This document shows positions 59,966 through 64,000 of a stretch of DNA of 64,000 nt, one piece after another (position 1 is the first letter of the stretch; each line of letters starts with the position of its first letter). The stretch lies in contig JBDRNC010000021.1 of NCBI GenBank assembly GCA_043811535.1, positions 64,001-128,000 on the forward strand, read 5' to 3'. The translations under genes and the position numbers were made by a program. The notes under the pieces were generated by a model. That model did no database searches. It saw only the letters and a program-made list of their open reading frames with translations, and was not told the DNA's origin. The stretch comes from Elusimicrobiota bacterium. Lineage in GTDB: Bacteria; Elusimicrobiota; Endomicrobiia; Endomicrobiales; JBDRNC01.

Positions 59966-60691
59966 ATGAAAGTAAAATCGAGAAATAAATCAGCGGTAAC
60001 TGCTCCTGTAAGCGAAATATTCGCCTCTTACCAGGGAGAAGGCATTTACGCGGGTCAGCCGCAGATTTTCGTGCGTTTTGCAGGCTGTAATCTTAAGTGT
60101 GACTACTGCGACACGGCTAAAAGCCAGTTGACAGATGACAGTTCACAGTTGACAGTCAAGCAAATCATTAAAAAGGCAGTGTCTTTGCGGTCAACCGTCA
60201 ACGGTCAACCGTCAACGGTTTCTATAACAGGCGGAGAGCCACTTCTATATCCGAATTTCCTTTTAAAACTGCTTCCAGCGCTTAAGAAACTGAAATTCAG
60301 CATATACCTTGAAACTAACGGAACACTGCCGGAGGCGTTTGAGAAAATCAGGAGGTATGTGGATATTGTCGCCATGGACATAAAACTGCCATCATCCTGC
60401 GGAAAAGCGTTTTGGAAGGAACATGGAAAATTTGCGCAGCTCGCGAAAGAAAAAGTATTTGTTAAAGTTGTAGTAACGAGCGGAACAACTTGCAAAGAGA
60501 TGAAGAAAGCAGTTGACACGATTAAAACAGTTTCAAAACGCATCCCATTTGTCATTCAACCGGCTACGCGCACAGCGGGATGTAAACTGCCCGGCGCGGC
60601 GAGGGTTGCGGGATGGCTCCGTTCAGCAAGAAAAATATTGAAAGATGCGAATGCCATACCGCAGATGCACAAGCTTTGGGGCATAAAATAA
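59966..60691 (+). CDS. queE: 7-carboxy-7-deazaguanine synthase (radical SAM)
   Basis: EIFASYQGEG, FVRFAGCNLKCDYCDT, ITGGEP, LETNG, IPQMHK. Confidence 0.95.
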   Translation: MKVKSRNKSAVTAPVSEIFASYQGEGIYAGQPQIFVRFAGCNLKCDYCDTAKSQLTDDSSQLTVKQIIKKAVSLRSTVNGQPSTVSITGGEPLLYPNFLLKLLPALKKLKFSIYLETNGTLPEAFEKIRRYVDIVAMDIKLPSSCGKAFWKEHGKFAQLAKEKVFVKVVVTSGTTCKEMKKAVDTIKTVSKRIPFVIQPATRTAGCKLPGAARVAGWLRSARKILKDANAIPQMHKLWGIK

Positions 60692-60732
60692 GACATTTAA
60701 AGATTAAAATATTAGAATGATTTAAAGAATAT

Positions 60733-62298
60733 ATGAATATGACTAGAACAAAAAGAGACCTTATATTGCTTCTATTTTTCACTTTCCTGTGCCTTTTGCC
60801 GTTCGTGAATAAACCTTTCAACGTTGACGACCCTTTCTACCTCAAGATGGCCGAACAGATACAAAAAGATCCTATAAGACCTTACAGTTTTTCAATAAAC
60901 TGGAGCGGCGAAACCAGAGATGTCTGGGCAAGGATGGAGGCCACGTTCCCGCCGCTGATACCCTATTACATCGCCGGAGTCGGCGCGCTTTTCGGGATGA
61001 ACGAAATCACGCTGCATCTTTTCTTTTTGGTGTTCCCGCTGGTATCCGCGGTAAGCATGTATATGCTTCTGAAAAAATACGTCAAGAATCCCCTTGTATA
61101 TTCATTTATCTTCGTTTCCGCGCCCGCTTTCCTTGTTTCGTCTAACAGCATCATGCTTGACGTGCCGCTTACGGCTTTCATGCTGTCTTCCGCGGCGTTT
61201 TTCATTTACGGTGTAGACAGGGGGAAAGATAGTTACGTCCTGGCGGGGTCAGTGCTTTCAGGATTCGCGGTCATGACGAAGTATTCCGCGATAATAGGGG
61301 TTGCCGTTCTAGGCATTTACGTCCTGCTTTCGGAAAAAAGAAAATATTTCGTTTATTTGCTGATACCCGTCGCTTTCTTCGGGTTGTGGTGTATTCATAA
61401 CCTTGCGATGTACGGAGAAGCGCATTTTTTTAAGGCATCTTCACACGTCGGCAAGGGATTGACCCCCCATAAAATAATTGCGTTCCTGCCGTTTTTTTCC
61501 GGGTGCCTGGTATTTCCAATGTTCGCATTCTTCCGGCTGGACATAAGGGAAAAGCTGGTGAGCGTTATACTATCAGCGATATTCTTTGTGGTTGCCGAGA
61601 AATTACAGTTGTTGAGAGGCGGGCCAGCCACGCTTACATACACCGTTCTGCTGGCAGCAACATCGGTATTCGTCTATGAAGTTATCAAGCACAGAGTGGA
61701 GGCTGATAAATTTATTTTCGCGTGGTTGTTAATCGCGTCATTTCTAGTCCTGACGGTTGAACCTTGGGTTTCAGGGCGCTATATACTTTTCATGCTCCCG
61801 CCGGCGCTGATTATTTTCGCGCAAAGCAATGAACGGCTTGCGGGCGCGGCGAAATATGTTTCGGCCGGCGCGGCGCTTGCGTTAACGCTGTATTTCGGGA
61901 TATCTCTCGGAATTGCGGATTATATATGGGCTAGATCATACCCCGGGATTCCGGAATACCTGAAATCAAAGGAAATTACCAGCGGATATTTTCTCGGCCA
62001 CTTCGGATTTCAGTATTACATGGAAAAATCGGGTTTCTCAGCCTTGGAAGTGAGAGATGAGGTAAGCGGCCCGTCTTTTATTATCGCGGCAAAGATGCCT
62101 GATCCGCAGAAGCCTGCCGGCGGGACTTTTTCAAAAATGGAATTGATAGACCACCAGAGAATCGACAGCGCTTTTCCGCTGAGAGTGATGTCGCCAAAAG
62201 ACCATGCTGGATTTTATTCAAGTTTCTGGGGAATACTGCCGTTTGCGGCGGCCGGAACGCCCGTCGAGGAGTTTGCTGTTTTCAGATTGAAGAAGTGA
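60733..62298 (+). CDS. GT-C fold membrane glycosyltransferase (ArnT/PMT-like)
   Basis: Multiple TMs; NKPFNVDDPFY (DD motif), PPLIPYY, MLDVP, AVMTKYSA, GRYILF. Confidence 0.8.
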   Translation: MNMTRTKRDLILLLFFTFLCLLPFVNKPFNVDDPFYLKMAEQIQKDPIRPYSFSINWSGETRDVWARMEATFPPLIPYYIAGVGALFGMNEITLHLFFLVFPLVSAVSMYMLLKKYVKNPLVYSFIFVSAPAFLVSSNSIMLDVPLTAFMLSSAAFFIYGVDRGKDSYVLAGSVLSGFAVMTKYSAIIGVAVLGIYVLLSEKRKYFVYLLIPVAFFGLWCIHNLAMYGEAHFFKASSHVGKGLTPHKIIAFLPFFSGCLVFPMFAFFRLDIREKLVSVILSAIFFVVAEKLQLLRGGPATLTYTVLLAATSVFVYEVIKHRVEADKFIFAWLLIASFLVLTVEPWVSGRYILFMLPPALIIFAQSNERLAGAAKYVSAGAALALTLYFGISLGIADYIWARSYPGIPEYLKSKEITSGYFLGHFGFQYYMEKSGFSALEVRDEVSGPSFIIAAKMPDPQKPAGGTFSKMELIDHQRIDSAFPLRVMSPKDHAGFYSSFWGILPFAAAGTPVEEFAVFRLKK

Positions 62299-62432
62299 AA
62301 CAATTGCCAAATGGCTATTAATAACAATGGCTTAATTGCTAAATTGCCAAATGGCTAACGGCTTATAACCATTTAGCCATTATGTCGTTTAACAATTTAG
62401 CCGTTTGGCCATTTAACCATGTATTGTAGTTG

Positions 62433-63740
62433 TTATTTCGTTTCTATTGCAGCAGTAGCGGGGGGCTCAAGTATTTCCGGTGAGAGTGGATTTTGGCCGG
62501 CCTCGGTAGCGCCGGGAGCGAGTGTTTCAGAGGAGACCTGTATATCGGATCCGGGAATTCTTCTGTTCATTAGTTCATTTATGTTTTCAGATTTATCGTA
62601 AATATCCGAGAAATCTTTTCCCTTCAGAGCTGAACGCGTGTAAACGCAGCGCGGATTCCACAAGAGCCAGTCGCCAATGTCATTATCATAGCAGGCTTGT
62701 ATCTGAGCCCTGACCTCTTCCTTGCCGTATTTGTAGCCCATCGAAAAATCCTGCAGGTAAGGCCTGAGTTTCACTGCGTAAGCGCCCATTCTGTTTTTTG
62801 CGCCTTCCGCGGCAAGGAATACAGTTTGATACGGTGCTGAGTTCGGATCAGGGATGCCGTACTCGCCTTTGTAATAATGGGATGGATATACCATCGGGCT
62901 CACATAATCCACCCATTCGGCCATTTCAACTATTCTCTGGCCTATGCCCATGTCGCTAAGAGAGGTTGTTGTCAGGCCGAATACATCTATTGAAATATTC
63001 ACGCCCTTTGGTTTAAGACGCCGGTTCGCTTCCCGCAGGAATCCGGAAAGCGCGGACACAGCTGAAGTAGTGGAATGGGATTGACCGTACCGGCATGTTC
63101 GTATATTTCCATCCGAAGGGAAGCGTATATAGTCAAACTGTATCTCATCAAACCCAAGGTCAACGGCGGTTTCCGCAATAGAAATATTATAATCCCAGCC
63201 GTCTTTGTTATAAGGATCCAGCCATGTATTGCCCCTGTAATCCGTCCAAACAGTGCCGGACGCGTCCCTAACGGCGAGTTCCGGTTTTATTTTCGGGATA
63301 AGATTATCCTTGAAGACGACCATGCGGGCTATAGTATAGATTCCTCTGCTTTTTAGGTTGACAAGGTATTTCCTTATGCCGGGAATGGCGGGCACGTATG
63401 TCTTGTTTTTCACAGTGGCTTTATTGCCGGGTATATAAACTTCGCCTTCATATTCTTTTATATCGATTACGACCGCGTTTAATTCTGTTTCGTCCAGAAG
63501 CGCATCTATTGGAGCGAGTATCTTAGGCGAGCCAGTTACCCATGCCGTAAGATGAATACCACGCACGTATTTCGGCCTTGCTGGAGACGATTTTTGTGGA
63601 ACATCTTGTTTTTCGTCGCCGCTCCAGAGGAAGAATGATTCACATCTGGTCAGAAGGAAAAGGACGGACAGTATAATAAGGAATGCCGACGGTATTATCA
63701 GCAGTCTGTTCTGCTTGAAAAATAAAAGGTTTCTTGACAT
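62433..63740 (-). CDS. Putative glycoside hydrolase (DUF4015-like)
   Basis: VRGIHLT, NAVVIDIKE, IARMVVFKD, WLDPY, GFDEIQFDYIRFP, SPMVYPSHY, LRPYLQDF. Start set at ATG 63740; the longer ORF start runs through a repeat. Confidence 0.85.
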   Translation of the reverse strand: MSRNLLFFKQNRLLIIPSAFLIILSVLFLLTRCESFFLWSGDEKQDVPQKSSPARPKYVRGIHLTAWVTGSPKILAPIDALLDETELNAVVIDIKEYEGEVYIPGNKATVKNKTYVPAIPGIRKYLVNLKSRGIYTIARMVVFKDNLIPKIKPELAVRDASGTVWTDYRGNTWLDPYNKDGWDYNISIAETAVDLGFDEIQFDYIRFPSDGNIRTCRYGQSHSTTSAVSALSGFLREANRRLKPKGVNISIDVFGLTTTSLSDMGIGQRIVEMAEWVDYVSPMVYPSHYYKGEYGIPDPNSAPYQTVFLAAEGAKNRMGAYAVKLRPYLQDFSMGYKYGKEEVRAQIQACYDNDIGDWLLWNPRCVYTRSALKGKDFSDIYDKSENINELMNRRIPGSDIQVSSETLAPGATEAGQNPLSPEILEPPATAAIETK

Positions 63741-63751
63741 ATTGAGCAAGT

Positions 63752-63779
63752 ATTGTATCAAAACTGGGGGATTTGTCAA
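63752..63779 (-). promoter_or_regulatory. sigma70 promoter for the DUF4015-like gene
   Basis: Minus strand TTGACA-N16-TACAAT with a TG extended -10, 11 bp from the ATG. Confidence 0.6.
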
Positions 63780-63943
63780 GGGGATGAACGGCAACGCCGT
63801 GTAATGTTGAATGTGTAATGTGTGATGAATGCAACAATAGTTTTCATTACACATCAAACATAACGCATTACACATTTTATTGCGGTATGTTGACAAGAAG
63901 CGGAATATATTATATATATCCTCATGCAAGGGGAGGCAAAACA

Positions 63944-64000
63944 ATGAATATCCGCATATTTACTCCGGTTGTCGCATTTATGATTGCGTGCGCCGCGCCC
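63944..64000 (+). CDS. 5' end of an exported protein (truncated by the window edge)
   Basis: RBS GGGGAGG, MNIRIFTPVVAFMIACAAP...; TTGACA at 63890. Confidence 0.55.
   Translation, partial: MNIRIFTPVVAFMIACAAP

Noticed and set aside
58405..60691. 7-deazaguanine DNA-modification (dpd) island
   Set aside because: No dpdA/tgt paralogue or helicases nearby; the housekeeping context fits queuosine precursor synthesis.
63741..63944. 68-aa N-terminal extension of the 503-aa minus-strand ORF
   Set aside because: It runs through a TGTAATG repeat array and promoter elements; ATG 63740 gives a sensible N-terminal membrane segment.

Overview
A 64 kb chromosomal window from a diderm bacterium. Gene content and protein style suggest Elusimicrobiota, which is an inference. 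Almost all genes lie on the + strand. The left flank (1-10.3 kb) holds PBP1A, a mannose-1-P guanylyltransferase/PMM fusion, PGM/PMM, a GAF-PAS histidine kinase, a Crp regulator, hisS and a cNMP-binding protein. The right flank (53.9-64 kb) holds tRNA-Arg(ACG), tadA, tmRNA, an amidase, murI, queD/C/E, a GT-C glycosyltransferase and a DUF4015-like glycoside hydrolase. Between them is a ~42 kb envelope locus (10.5-52.6 kb). It is bracketed by two PorV/PorQ-like barrel genes, each next to a large secreted protein with a T9SS-CTD-like C-terminus (5811 aa and 1653 aa), and each unit is preceded by a CRP-type box. At its centre is the best candidate for an undescribed system: a signal-peptide-bearing FliF(RBM3)-TM-FliG(M+C) fusion, then motA, a normal motB, a second motB with Asn replacing the essential Asp, a TPR protein and an outer-membrane barrel. 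No other flagellar genes occur in the window. FecR-domain proteins, an ECF sigma with a CBM48 anti-sigma, and a CHASE2 adenylate cyclase complete the locus. Many gene junctions carry inverted arrays of degenerate 7-9 bp repeats, some inside coding sequence. All domain calls are by eye from motifs; no searches were run.
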